DNA of 64,000 bases from Syntrophorhabdaceae bacterium (GTDB lineage: Bacteria > Desulfobacterota > Syntrophorhabdia > Syntrophorhabdales > Syntrophorhabdaceae). Position numbers and translations under genes: made by a program. The stretch spans positions 1 to 64,000 of the forward strand of contig CAXXUO010000001.1 in assembly GCA_963666485.2 (NCBI GenBank), in the 5' to 3' direction. The notes under the pieces were generated by a model, which made no database searches, was not told the DNA's origin, and was given only the letters and a program-made list of their open reading frames with translations. Shown here piece after piece: positions 1 to 9,804 of the stretch. The first letter of the stretch is position 1. Each line of letters opens with the position of its first letter.

Positions 1-918
1 ATGATGGCGTACCGACCGTCAGCAAACCCCCGCTGCGTTGGGCCACGAGATCGCCGGTACCGTTATCGCCGGCGACCCGGCATGGGTAGGGAAAGAGGTT
101 ATTATCCCGGCAGTTATGCCCTGCCGTCAGTGCGACCTTTGCAAGACCGGCCGCGGCAACAGGTGCCTCGCACAGAAAATGCCCGGCAACTCGATCGGCT
201 TCTGGGGCGGCTTCGCAAGCCATATCGTCGTCCCTCGATCGACCTTTGCCTTGTCCGCGACAAGAAAGGGTATAACCTGAACAGCTCGCAGTCGTTGCGG
301 ACGCTGTTACGACACCGTACCAGCAGCCAAAAGAGCAGACCTGCAGCCTGGCGACAACTGCATCGTCATCGGCGCGACCGGCGGCGTGGGCGTCTACATG
401 GCCAGACCCTGAAAGCACTCGGCGCGAAAACGGTCATCGGCATCGCCCGGAACCCCGAGAAGTTGAAAAGGGCCCTCGACTACGGCTGCGACATGACGAT
501 CTCGACACTCGACAAGACGAACAAAGACGTCGTCGGCGAGTGGAGGAATTACTGCAAGGCCAACGGCCCTCCCGAACACGGGATGGAAAATATTCGAAGT
601 TACCGGCGCCAAGGCTGGTCAGGAACTCGCGCTTGACCTTCTGTCCTTCGTCGGCAAACTCATCCTCCTCGGCTTCGGCATGGCGAGAGCGAATACATGT
701 TCTCGAAACTGATGGCCTTCGACGCCGAAGTTATCGGCACATGGGGCTGTCTCCGCGAGTATTACCCGATCGTCCTCAACATGGTCCTCACCAAGAAGAT
801 CCAGATCGACCCGTTCGTTGACGTACGGCCGATGAGCACGATCGCGGCAACATTTGACGAGATCCACAAAGCAGGGTCACCCGCGAAACGCGTAGTCCTG
901 ACACCTGACTTTAAGTAA
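1..918 (+). CDS. had: 6-hydroxycyclohex-1-ene-1-carbonyl-CoA dehydrogenase (Zn-dependent ADH), 5'-truncated by the window and broken by several frameshifts
   Basis: Fragments in different frames: GHEIAG, structural Zn motif [17 protein letters not shown]-terminus [17 protein letters not shown]...RVVLTPDFK. Lies directly upstream of oah and dch. Confidence 0.85.
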
Positions 919-951
919 GGTTGTTCTACACAAAAACTTTAGGAGGAAAGT

Positions 952-2101
952 ATGGGATTAGAATGGATGCCAAGAGAAGGCGGATTGAAAGACCACAGCA
1001 GGCATGGAAAAGAATGGTGGGGCACGGAAGCTCCTTCTACGGTCTATGAAAAAGTACCGTTGAAAGACCCGAAGGGCAACGAAATTCCCGGGCTTTACAA
1101 TGCAGTCATCAGGCTCAACAACCCCGAACCAGTACAATTCCTACACAACGGAAATGGTAAAGGGTGTCATCGCCGGCTTCGAGAACTCCTCGACCGACCG
1201 CGAAGTTGTTACCGTTATCTTCACCGGTACAGGCCCGAATGCATTCTGCACCGGCGGCAACACGAAAGAGTACTCAGAATATTACAGCAAAAGGCCGGAA
1301 GAATACGGCTCATACATGGAACTCTTCAACAATATGGTTGACAGTATCCTTATGTGCAAGAAACCGGTTATCTGCCGCGTAAACGGCATGCGCGTAGCCG
1401 GCGGCCAGGAAATCGGCCTTGCATGCGACATCGCAATCTCCTCTGACCTCGCGATCTTCGGTCAGGCAGGCCCGAGACACGGTTCAGCCCCTGTCGGCGG
1501 CTCCTCTGACTTCCTCCCGTGGTTCCTCAGCATGGAAGATGCAATGTGGAACTGCGTCAGCTGCGAGATGTGGTCAGCATACAAGATGAGAGCCAAGAAC
1601 CTCATCTCCAAGGCACTCCCCGTCCTGAAAGACGACAAGGGCGCCTGGGTACGCAACCCGCAGGTCATCACCGACACATACGTCAAAGACGGCGAGATCG
1701 TCTACGGCGAACCGAAGTCCGGCCAGGAAGCAAAAGACGCCAGGGCATGGGTCGGCGAGAAACTGAAAAACAACGACTACGACTTCGCACTGATCGATGC
1801 GGAAGTCAACAGGATCGCCTGGATCTTCGCGAACCTGTTCCCGGGCTGCCTCAACAAGTCAATCGACGGCATCCGCCAGAAGAAGAAATTCTGGTGGGAC
1901 CAGATAAAGAACGACCACCGTTACTGGCTGGCCACCAATATGATGGGCGAGGCCTTCGCAGGTTTCGGCGCATTCAACACGAAGAAGATCACCGGTATGG
2001 ATACGATCGACTTCATAAAGAACCGCCAGCTCATCGCAAAGGGCGCCCTGAACAACGACGAGTATTTCGAACAGATTTTCGGCAAACCGCAGGCGAAGTA
2101 A
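952..2101 (+). CDS. oah: 6-oxocyclohex-1-ene-1-carbonyl-CoA hydrolase (BamA/Oah), one frameshift near 1125
   Basis: AGGAGG RBS. N-terminus MGLEWMPRE...IRLNNP continues in another frame as QYNSYTTEMVKGVI...FCTGGNTKEYSEYY...GGQEIG...GSAPVGG, the BamA crotonase signature. Confidence 0.92.
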
Positions 2102-2115
2102 TAAGCCTGAAAACC

Positions 2116-2147
2116 ATAGGGGGGATATTATCCCCCCTATTTTTTTT
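2116..2147 (+). terminator. Intrinsic terminator-like hairpin after oah
   Basis: ATAGGGGGGAT/ATCCCCCCTAT stem followed by a T run. Confidence 0.7.
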
Positions 2148-2167
2148 GAATAATAAGGAGTGTAGCT

Positions 2168-2940
2168 ATGGCCTTTACACATATCACGTTTGAGAAGAAG
2201 AACAAGGTTGCAACGATAACCCTGAATGAACCGCGTCTCCAACTGGCTGACGATCCTCATGATGAGGGAGATCGTCGAGGCGATAAACGACGTCAAGAAA
2301 GACCCGACGATCCAGCTGCTCGTTTTCGATCATGCCGGCGACAAGGCATTCTGTGACGGCGTCGACGTTGCTGACCACAGCGGAAGACAAAGTCCTCGAT
2401 ATGATCGAGATCTTCCACCGGATGTTCCGGCTCATGGACGAGCTCGACTGCACGACCGTGGCGCTCGTGAACGGCAGGTCACTTGGCGGCGGCTGTGAGC
2501 TCATGGCATTCTGCGACATCGTCATCGCGTCGGAGAAGGCAAAGATCGGCCAGCCCGAGATCGCAGTCGGCGTATTCCCGCCGATCGCCGCGGCATGGTT
2601 CCCGAAGATCATCGGCCTCAAGAACACCTATGAACTGCTCCTGACGGGCAAGATCATCGGCGCCCAGGAAGCGAAGCAGATGGGCCTCGTGAATGTCGTT
2701 CTTCCCGTCGAAAATTTCAAGGCGGAAGCCGAGAAATTCATGCAGGGATTCTTAAACCAGAGCCGCCCGGTCGCCATGTGGACGAAGCGCGCCATCAAGG
2801 CAGGGCTCAATGTCAATTTCCTCGAAGCCCTGCGGGCATCCGAGATATGCTACCTCGACGGCTGTATGAAAACCAAAGACGCGGTCGAAGGCATAAAAGC
2901 GTTTATGGAGAAGAGAAAAGCAGTCTGGAAAGACGAGTAA
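2168..2940 (+). CDS. dch: Cyclohexa-1,5-dienecarbonyl-CoA hydratase (enoyl-CoA hydratase family), frameshifts near 2230 and 2380
   Basis: Crotonase motifs AFCDGVDVADH, GGGCEL, GQPEIAVGVFPP spread over three overlapping ORFs. Context with had and oah. Confidence 0.8.
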
Positions 2941-2963
2941 AAATCAGTTAGACTAGACTGAAT

Positions 2964-4138
2964 ATGAAATATGCTCCAAAAGAAGAAATAGATTCACGCA
3001 TCGAAAAGCTGAAAATGTTAATGGAGAAGGCCTCGCTCGAAGGGGCCTTTTTTCATTACAAGGTCGATTATTATTACCTCTCCGGGACGATGCAGGACTG
3101 CCTGCTCTTCGTGCCCGTTGACGGGGAGCCGACCCTTTTCGTCAAGCGCGAGATGTCCCGGGCGCGCAGGGAATCGCCGCTCGCAAACCTTATCTCGTAC
3201 CGGTCGATCAAGGACATCCCGCAGCACATAAAACCGATGAAGCGCATCGGCATGCAGCTCGACGTCATTCCTTACAACGATGCGGTCAAATTCGAACAAT
3301 TATTTGGCGGCGCCGAGTTTGTCGACTGCTCACCGCTCACAAAAGAGATCCGCAGAAAAAAATCGCCTTTCGAGCTGGCCATGATGGAAAGGGGCCGCGG
3401 ATATCGGCCGGAAGGTCTATGCAAAGGTCCCCGAGTTCCTCCATGAGGGCGTGACCGAGATCGAGGTCGGCGGCAAAATGGAAGCCTATGCCAAATCACT
3501 CGGGCACGAGGGACTGCTTCGTGTGGCGCTCGCTTAACTACGAGGCCTACACATGGCACGTCCTGAGCGGACGGACGGGCAGCATCGTCAGCCAGTCCGA
3601 CTCGCCGATGGGAGGATTGGGCCTCTCCCCCGCCTTCCCCGTAGGCGCCAGCTTCAAAAAGATCAAGAAGAACGAGCCCATTCTCATCGATTTCGGGATC
3701 TGCTACCACGGGTACCAGGTCGACCAGACCAGGATGTACGCGATCGGGTCCATGCCCGACCTGTTCGTAAAAGGCTATTGGGCCTGCAAGGATATCCATG
3801 ACCGGGTCCTCGAAAAGGTCACCGAAGGCTACACCAGCAAGGAGCTTTTTGAGTATTCGAAAGAGATCGCCGAAAAGGCGGGTTATGGCGATTGGTATCT
3901 CGGCTTCAAGCCGCACAAGGTAAGATTCCTCGGCCACGGGATAGGCATCGAGCTTGCCGAGTTCCCGTACATTGCCGCGACGCACACCTATCCGATCGAG
4001 GATGGAGAGGTCTTCGCCATCGAGCCGAAGATGGTCTGGCCCCGGAAGGGTTGCTGCGGCTATGAGAACACCATCCACTACACGAACGGGAAATGCCGCA
4101 TCATCACCGATACTGATGACAACATCATTATCGCATGA
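2964..4138 (+). CDS. M24 family (Xaa-Pro) peptidase, frameshifts near 3390 and 3530
   Basis: Creatinase-like N-domain plus metal ligands IDFG, DQTR, GHGIG, IEP, YEN. Confidence 0.85.
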
Positions 4139-4933
4139 AATATATCTTCTCCACAGGCTGCCTTTATATCCTCCCCATCGAAGAGATATTCATCCTCGCG
4201 CAGGAAGCCGGCTTTGACGGCTGTGAGGTCGTCATCGACCAGCGATTCATGAGTGACGGCTATCTCGACAGGGTCGTGGCCTGCCGCGATATCCTTCCTG
4301 TCCATACCGTTCACGCACCCTTCCTCAAGATGAAGAAATGGGGCACCAAGGTCGACGAGCTGAAAAGGGCCATCGATATCGGGCGCATCCTCGGGGCAAG
4401 CGTCGTCAATTTTCACCCCCCGGCCTGGCTTACAATGGAGATAGGATTTGCAAAATGGCTCAATAGCATTGACGATTTCCAGAAAGAGCTCGACTGCAGT
4501 GACATAGCGCTCACGATCGAGAACATGCCGCGCGCCGGCAAGCGCCTGATGCTGGAATCGTACCTGCTGAACGATATCAACGACCTGGTCGGCTTCGGGG
4601 TCGCGCATAACCTTTATTTCACGTTCGACACGACCCACCTCGCTACCTTCGGGAATGATATTATCGCCCCTTTTATCAAGGTCGTAAAAACCGGGCGCCT
4701 GAGGAACATTCACCTGAGCGACCATGGCGATCATAACAGTCATCTCTTTCTCGGCCGGGGCGATCTCCCGATCGCGAGATTCTTGAATACAGTCCGGCGC
4801 ATGGGATTATGACGGGATGATCACCTACGAGGTCGGGCCGCGGGAGCTTCCCCGGAACCGGGAATGGCTCGTGAAGCTCATGGAATACCAGGTACGGCTC
4901 ATACGGCTCCACACGGGGGCACCCTTTGAGTAA
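4135..4933 (+). CDS. Sugar-phosphate isomerase/epimerase (xylose isomerase-like TIM barrel), frameshift near 4807
   Basis: GFDGCE, IENMP, FDTTH and IHLSD motifs. A shifted frame continues YDGMITYEV... to TAA at 4933. Confidence 0.8.
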
Positions 4934-6266
4934 GGCAACGAAGAAAACCGTCTTCGCCTGTACGACCTGCGGGTATGAGACCCTGAAATGGCTGGGCAAA
5001 TGCCCGATGTGCCAGGGATGGGACACCTTCAAGGAGATGGCCCCTGCCGTAAGTCCTGATGGAAAGGAACCGAAACGGCCGGTCATCCTGTCCGACGAAG
5101 ACCTTGCCGACGAGCAGCGCATTGCAATCGGCATCGAAGAGATGGACCGGGTCCTCGGCGGCGGCATGACGATAGGCTCCGCCATACTTCTTGGCGGCGA
5201 CCCCGGGATAGGCAAAACGACCTTATGTTTCGAGATCGCGGCGAAGCTGACCGACTGCGGGGTCAAGGTCCTCTACGTTTCGGGAGAGGAGTCGCTCAAA
5301 CAGCTGGCATCCCGCAAGAAAAGGCTCGGGCTCGGCGCCGGTTTCGCATTCCTGACGACAAATCACCTCGACGACGTGCTGTCGGCCATGGCCGCCGACC
5401 GGTACGGCCTCGTCATCGTCGATTCCGTGCAATCCATCTACAACCCGAAGCTGCCGATGCTGCCCGGAAGTATGGGCCAGGTCAAAGAGGTGGCGACCCG
5501 CCTCACCATGGAGGCCAAGGACGTCGACACAAGCCTCGTCATTATAGGCCACGTCACCAAAGAGGGTGTCATAGCCGGCCCCAAGATACTCGAACACATG
5601 GTCGATACCGTCCTGTACTTCGAGGGTGACAAAATGCTCCCCTACCGTCTCCTGAGGACGATCAAGAACCGGTACGGGGCCGTGGAGGAGGTTGGGATCT
5701 TCCAGATGTCCGGCAGCGGCCTCATAAGCGTCGAAAACCCGTCCCAATTCTTCATGTCACAGCGCGGTGATATCGGCGAAGGCAGCAGTCTCTTCCCCTA
5801 TATCACCGGCTCGCGTCCCATCATCCTCGAGGTCCAGGCGATCACCCAGAAGACCAACTTCTCGATGCCGAGGCGCCTGTCGCTCGGCTATGACGTCAAC
5901 CGCCTGTTCATTCTTATCTCTGTCATTGAAAAAGCCATCGGGAAACCTCTCTTCGACAGGGACATCTACGTGAACGTGACCGGCGGGATGAAGGTCAACG
6001 AGCCTGGCATAGACCTGCCCGTAGCCGCCGCGATACTTTCCAGCTTTAAAGAAACCCCCCTCGGCCGCGACACCGCCTTCTTCGGAGAGATCGGCCTCAC
6101 AGGCGAGATACGTAAGATAGTCAACATGGACATGAGAATAAAAGAATGTCAACGCATCGGCATCAAGCACATATTCTGTCCCGCCGACGGACACCAGTCA
6201 ATTGGAAACGTTGAGATCGTACATATTCGGAATATAAAGGAATTGTACAAAAAGATAGGGGCGTAA
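4926..6266 (+). CDS. radA: DNA repair protein RadA/Sms
   Basis: C4 zinc finger, GGDPGIGKTT Walker A, KNRYG motif, Lon-like C-terminus. Confidence 0.97.
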   Translation: MSKATKKTVFACTTCGYETLKWLGKCPMCQGWDTFKEMAPAVSPDGKEPKRPVILSDEDLADEQRIAIGIEEMDRVLGGGMTIGSAILLGGDPGIGKTTLCFEIAAKLTDCGVKVLYVSGEESLKQLASRKKRLGLGAGFAFLTTNHLDDVLSAMAADRYGLVIVDSVQSIYNPKLPMLPGSMGQVKEVATRLTMEAKDVDTSLVIIGHVTKEGVIAGPKILEHMVDTVLYFEGDKMLPYRLLRTIKNRYGAVEEVGIFQMSGSGLISVENPSQFFMSQRGDIGEGSSLFPYITGSRPIILEVQAITQKTNFSMPRRLSLGYDVNRLFILISVIEKAIGKPLFDRDIYVNVTGGMKVNEPGIDLPVAAAILSSFKETPLGRDTAFFGEIGLTGEIRKIVNMDMRIKECQRIGIKHIFCPADGHQSIGNVEIVHIRNIKELYKKIGA

Positions 6267-6379
6267 AGACGGTTCAAGGTTCAAAGTTCAAGGTTCAATG
6301 AAGAAACAGGAGCAGTCATTCGGCCAAGAGCCGCCTTTTTTAACTTTGAACCTTGAACTTTGAACCTTGAACCGTCTTT
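6265..6379. repeat. Inverted pair of heptamer arrays (RGTTCAA)4 ... (TTGAACY)4 forming a perfect 34-bp inverted repeat
   Basis: 6265-6298 is the exact reverse complement of 6346-6379. Sits between the convergent radA and usp stops. Confidence 0.95.
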
Positions 6380-6380
6380 T

Positions 6381-6836
6381 TTACGGCATCTTGAACTGTT
6401 TCCCCTTCGGCCGTATCGTCATCACCGGGCAGGGGGACTTCCGTACAACTTTTTCCGCCACATTGCCGATCAGTATATGCTCGAGTCCCGTATGTCCGTG
6501 CGTACCCATGACGATGAGGTCTATCGATTCTGACCTGGCATAATCGATGATCTCGACGAAGGGGACGCCCGTTTTGATGACCCTCTTCGTGGGCACTTTA
6601 TCTTCTTTGAGCAGTTTCGTAAAATTCCTTTCCACCTCATCCTGGATATTTTTTTCGATCGCCACCAGGTTCTCCGGGGTCAGGAACGATTCGTACGGGG
6701 TAAAGTATGTCATATTCGGGACGACGTGCATGATATGAAGCTCGGCGCCATACTTCTTCGCGAGGTCTAATGCGTAGTTCACCACGTCTTGTGTGAATTG
6801 TGAAAAATCAACCGGGCACAATATTTTTTTGAACAT
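6381..6836 (-). CDS. Universal stress protein
   Basis: KKILCPVDFS, DLIVMGTHG, GNVAEKVVRKSPCPV. Confidence 0.96.
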   Translation of the reverse strand: MFKKILCPVDFSQFTQDVVNYALDLAKKYGAELHIMHVVPNMTYFTPYESFLTPENLVAIEKNIQDEVERNFTKLLKEDKVPTKRVIKTGVPFVEIIDYARSESIDLIVMGTHGHTGLEHILIGNVAEKVVRKSPCPVMTIRPKGKQFKMP

Positions 6837-6944
6837 TTTTTACCCCTCCCTTACCCACTTTATAACTCCTTTTCCGCTTTAGTCAATCCATTTATGATCG
6901 ATAATTGATAAGTGGATAAATTCACAAACAGCTTAAAATCCGCC

Positions 6945-6974
6945 TTGACAAAAATACGGCCTAATCGCTATAAT
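6945..6974 (+). promoter_or_regulatory. Consensus sigma70 promoter upstream of rpoD
   Basis: TTGACA-18 nt-TATAAT. Confidence 0.75.
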
Positions 6975-7054
6975 TACATTAGAGTCGATTGACTGATGCC
7001 AGCAAATGCCCTAAAAACAGTCACTTAGGGCATTTTTTACTGTCCGGAGATTGA

Positions 7055-8578
7055 ATGACAATTAAAAATCACAGCGAGATACAACACCTCGTCGACATCG
7101 GCACTGAGAAGGGCTACCTGACGCCGGACGAGATCAACGACTACCTGCCGCAGAACATCTTTTCACCCGAAGATATCGAGGATATCTTTGATTTTCTCAC
7201 GGAATCCAACATAGATATCGTCGATACGATCAAGGAAAAGATAGAGGCCGCCCCCGAGGAAGAGTCCCAGGAATGGGGCGAGATGGAACGCTTCCCGTCG
7301 GAGCGGACCGATAATATCATCTGGGCATACCTCAAGGACATTGGCCGCGTATCCCTTCTCAATTCCGAGGAAGAGTACATGATCGCCAAAAGGATCGAGG
7401 ACGGCGAGCGGATGATCCGGAACCTGCTTTTCGACCTTCCCCAGGCGATCCTGGAGTTGATGGAGATCGCAAGCCTCCTCAAGAAAGAAGCGATCAACAT
7501 CGTCGATGTCGTCAAAAATATCGATGAATTGAACTACACGAAGAAAGACGAAGACAAATATAGAAAGAAAACTGTTTCCCTCATCAACAGCATCAAGAAC
7601 CAGCACGAAAAGAAGGAAGAGTTGAGAAAGGGCACGGGCAGGGCAAGGGTGCCCGAGGCGACCAAGAAGCTCAATGAGAAAAAACTCAAGGCCCTCGAAA
7701 AGAAGGTCGAAGAGAACCTCATCAACCTGAACCTGAACAAGAAGGTGCTCGAAGAGATCATCCGCAAGGTCCAGAGACAGCTCAAGTTCATGGATGACAA
7801 GGAAGCGCGGAAGGTCAAAAAGAGGCTTATGGAGATCGGGGAGATCGAAAATGGTCTCAAAACGGTGAAAAACCGCCTTATCCAGGCAAATTTACGGCTC
7901 GTTATCAACATCGCCAAGAAATATCTTAACCGCGGCCTCTCTTTCCTTGACCTCATCCAGGAAGGGAATATGGGCCTCATGAAGGCTGCCGAGAAATATG
8001 ATTACCAGAAGGGCTACAAGTTCTCGACGTACTCCACCTGGTGGATCCGGCAGGCGATCACGAGAGCGATAGCAGATTACGCCCGTACCATCAGGGTCCC
8101 TGTCCACGTTCTCGAGACGATGAACAAGATCACGAAGGTCACGATCTCCCTCTTCCAGGAACTTGGCCGGGAGCCGAACCTCGACGAGATATCGCTGAAG
8201 GCCGGCCTTCCCCTGGAGAAGGTCCGGAAGATCATGAAGGTATCCAATGAACCGATATCGATCGAGACGCCGATCGGCGACGATGAATCAAAGCTCGGGG
8301 ACTTCATAGCAGACCCGAAATCGCCCTCGCCTTTCAATGAACTCGTCAGCATATCCCTCAAGGAAGAGATCGACAAGGTCCTGTCCACCCTGACCCCCCG
8401 CGAGGAAAAGGTCATACGGATGAGGCTCGGAATCGGTGAAAAGACCGATTACACCCTCGAAGAGGTCGGTGAGGTCTTCGGCCTCACCCGCGAGCGCATC
8501 CGCCAGATAGAGGCAAAAGCATTGAGGAAACTGAAACACCCCTCAAGGCGGAAACGCCTGGAAAGCTTCCTCGAATAA
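7055..8578 (+). CDS. rpoD: RNA polymerase sigma factor RpoD (sigma70)
   Basis: Region 1.1, [30 protein letters not shown], region 4 [16 protein letters not shown]. Confidence 0.93.
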   Translation: MTIKNHSEIQHLVDIGTEKGYLTPDEINDYLPQNIFSPEDIEDIFDFLTESNIDIVDTIKEKIEAAPEEESQEWGEMERFPSERTDNIIWAYLKDIGRVSLLNSEEEYMIAKRIEDGERMIRNLLFDLPQAILELMEIASLLKKEAINIVDVVKNIDELNYTKKDEDKYRKKTVSLINSIKNQHEKKEELRKGTGRARVPEATKKLNEKKLKALEKKVEENLINLNLNKKVLEEIIRKVQRQLKFMDDKEARKVKKRLMEIGEIENGLKTVKNRLIQANLRLVINIAKKYLNRGLSFLDLIQEGNMGLMKAAEKYDYQKGYKFSTYSTWWIRQAITRAIADYARTIRVPVHVLETMNKITKVTISLFQELGREPNLDEISLKAGLPLEKVRKIMKVSNEPISIETPIGDDESKLGDFIADPKSPSPFNELVSISLKEEIDKVLSTLTPREEKVIRMRLGIGEKTDYTLEEVGEVFGLTRERIRQIEAKALRKLKHPSRRKRLESFLE

Positions 8579-8596
8579 CACGAATTGCCAAGAACC

Positions 8597-8630
8597 AAGG
8601 CCTGCAGGTTCGATCCCGCAGGCCTTTTTT
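8597..8630 (+). terminator. Intrinsic terminator of rpoD
   Basis: AAGGCCTGC/GCAGGCCTT stem plus T run. Confidence 0.8.
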
Positions 8631-8665
8631 ATACTCGTACGCTAAGAAGAAACATTTAAAAGACG

Positions 8666-8693
8666 CTAGATTCCCGCTTACGCGGGAATGACG
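8666..8693. repeat. GTCAT-type REP palindrome
   Basis: CTAGATTCCCGCTTACGCGGGAATGACG, same family as the copies at 18232, 25990-26240 and 45530. Confidence 0.8.
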
Positions 8694-8715
8694 GCGGGGG
8701 GCAAGTATTTAAGCG

Positions 8716-8743
8716 TTGAACTTTGAACCTTGAACCTTGAACT
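8716..8743 (-). repeat. Heptamer array (RGTTCAA)4 just after the nrdG stop
   Basis: TTGAACT TTGAACC TTGAACC TTGAACT on the + strand. Confidence 0.9.
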
Positions 8744-8747
8744 CTTT

Positions 8748-9524
8748 TTACTGGTACAACTCTTTGCCTCGTGTCGGGCTCGTGTCCGGCAGCCGAATAC
8801 CCCGTTCCCGTCTCCAGCCCTTCCCCGCCATGATATCCGCCACGTTTTGCTTTATCTGCGACATTTTGTCGGGACTGAAGGGTTGTATCTTTTCGTAGGC
8901 GGGATTCAGGGTGATGTCCGGACGGAAGGTCTGAATAATGAGGTCTTTCGCGCCTTCGAGCTCCTCGGCCACCGTGTAAACATCGTTCTCCTGGTGAAGG
9001 AAGGGAACGACCGTCATCCTGAAATAATAATCGATCCCGGAACCCATGATGAAATCGATGCTTTCCCGGATCTTGCCCTCGTCTACCTTGCTGCCGCACC
9101 ACCGGGAATACCGGTCAATCGGGCCCTTGACGTCCATCGCTATGCAGTCTATGAGCCCGTCACTGACAAGCCCCTTCACGACGTCGGGGTTCGACCCGTT
9201 CGTGTCGAGTTTGATCGACATGCCTTCGCTCTTCAGAAGGCCGATCAACCCATAGAGGTTCTTGTGCATCGTGGGTTCGCCGCCCGTCACGACGATCTTG
9301 TCGACCCAGTGGACCCGGTATTTCCTGATCGTCGCCACCAGGTACTCGAGAGGGACGTCCTCGAAGCCGCCGGGGTTCAGGACCAGGTCCCGGTTGTGGC
9401 AAAAAGGGCACCTGAAATTGCACCCGCCGAGGAAAATGACGGATGCAAGGTGACCCTTCCAGTCAACGAAACTCGTTTCTATGAACCCTTTTATGGCCGG
9501 GCAATCAGGCGCTCTGGACCGCAC
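8748..9524 (-). CDS. nrdG: Anaerobic ribonucleotide reductase activating protein (radical SAM)
   Basis: GCNFRCPFCHN, TGGEP, KLDTNG. In operon with nrdD. Confidence 0.92.
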   Translation of the reverse strand: MRSRAPDCPAIKGFIETSFVDWKGHLASVIFLGGCNFRCPFCHNRDLVLNPGGFEDVPLEYLVATIRKYRVHWVDKIVVTGGEPTMHKNLYGLIGLLKSEGMSIKLDTNGSNPDVVKGLVSDGLIDCIAMDVKGPIDRYSRWCGSKVDEGKIRESIDFIMGSGIDYYFRMTVVPFLHQENDVYTVAEELEGAKDLIIQTFRPDITLNPAYEKIQPFSPDKMSQIKQNVADIMAGKGWRRERGIRLPDTSPTRGKELYQ

Positions 9525-9768
9525 TTAACACCTCGTCGATAGGGGGGACATTTCCCCGCCACTCACCGACGGAATTCTCGGCATCGTCCTCCACAAGAAT
9601 GGTAGGCAATGCCATCACGCGGTAAAACGTAGCCTCGGCCAGACCGTCCGTTGTCCCGACATTGTAATCATCCACAGAAACGTTCATTTCCCGGAGATTG
9701 TCTTTGAGTTTCTTTGCTGCCGGGCACATCGGGCAATCATCTTTATAAAATATCTTTACTATCCCCAT
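9505..9768 (-). CDS. Thioredoxin/glutaredoxin-fold redoxin (NrdH-like)
   Basis: CPMC motif, cis-Pro ALPT. Lies between nrdD and nrdG. Confidence 0.88.
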   Translation of the reverse strand: MGIVKIFYKDDCPMCPAAKKLKDNLREMNVSVDDYNVGTTDGLAEATFYRVMALPTILVEDDAENSVGEWRGNVPPIDEVLSAVQSA

Positions 9769-9804
9769 CTTCCCCCACCCCTTTGGTTGATATTGGTTAT
9801 ATTG

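Noticed and set aside
4810..4812. TGA ending the TIM-barrel ORF as another Sec codon
   Set aside because: The protein continues in a different frame, so this is a frameshift, not read-through.
8604..8620. GCAGGTTCGATCCCGC resembling a tRNA T-arm after rpoD
   Set aside because: No acceptor, D or anticodon arms. It is the loop of the terminator.
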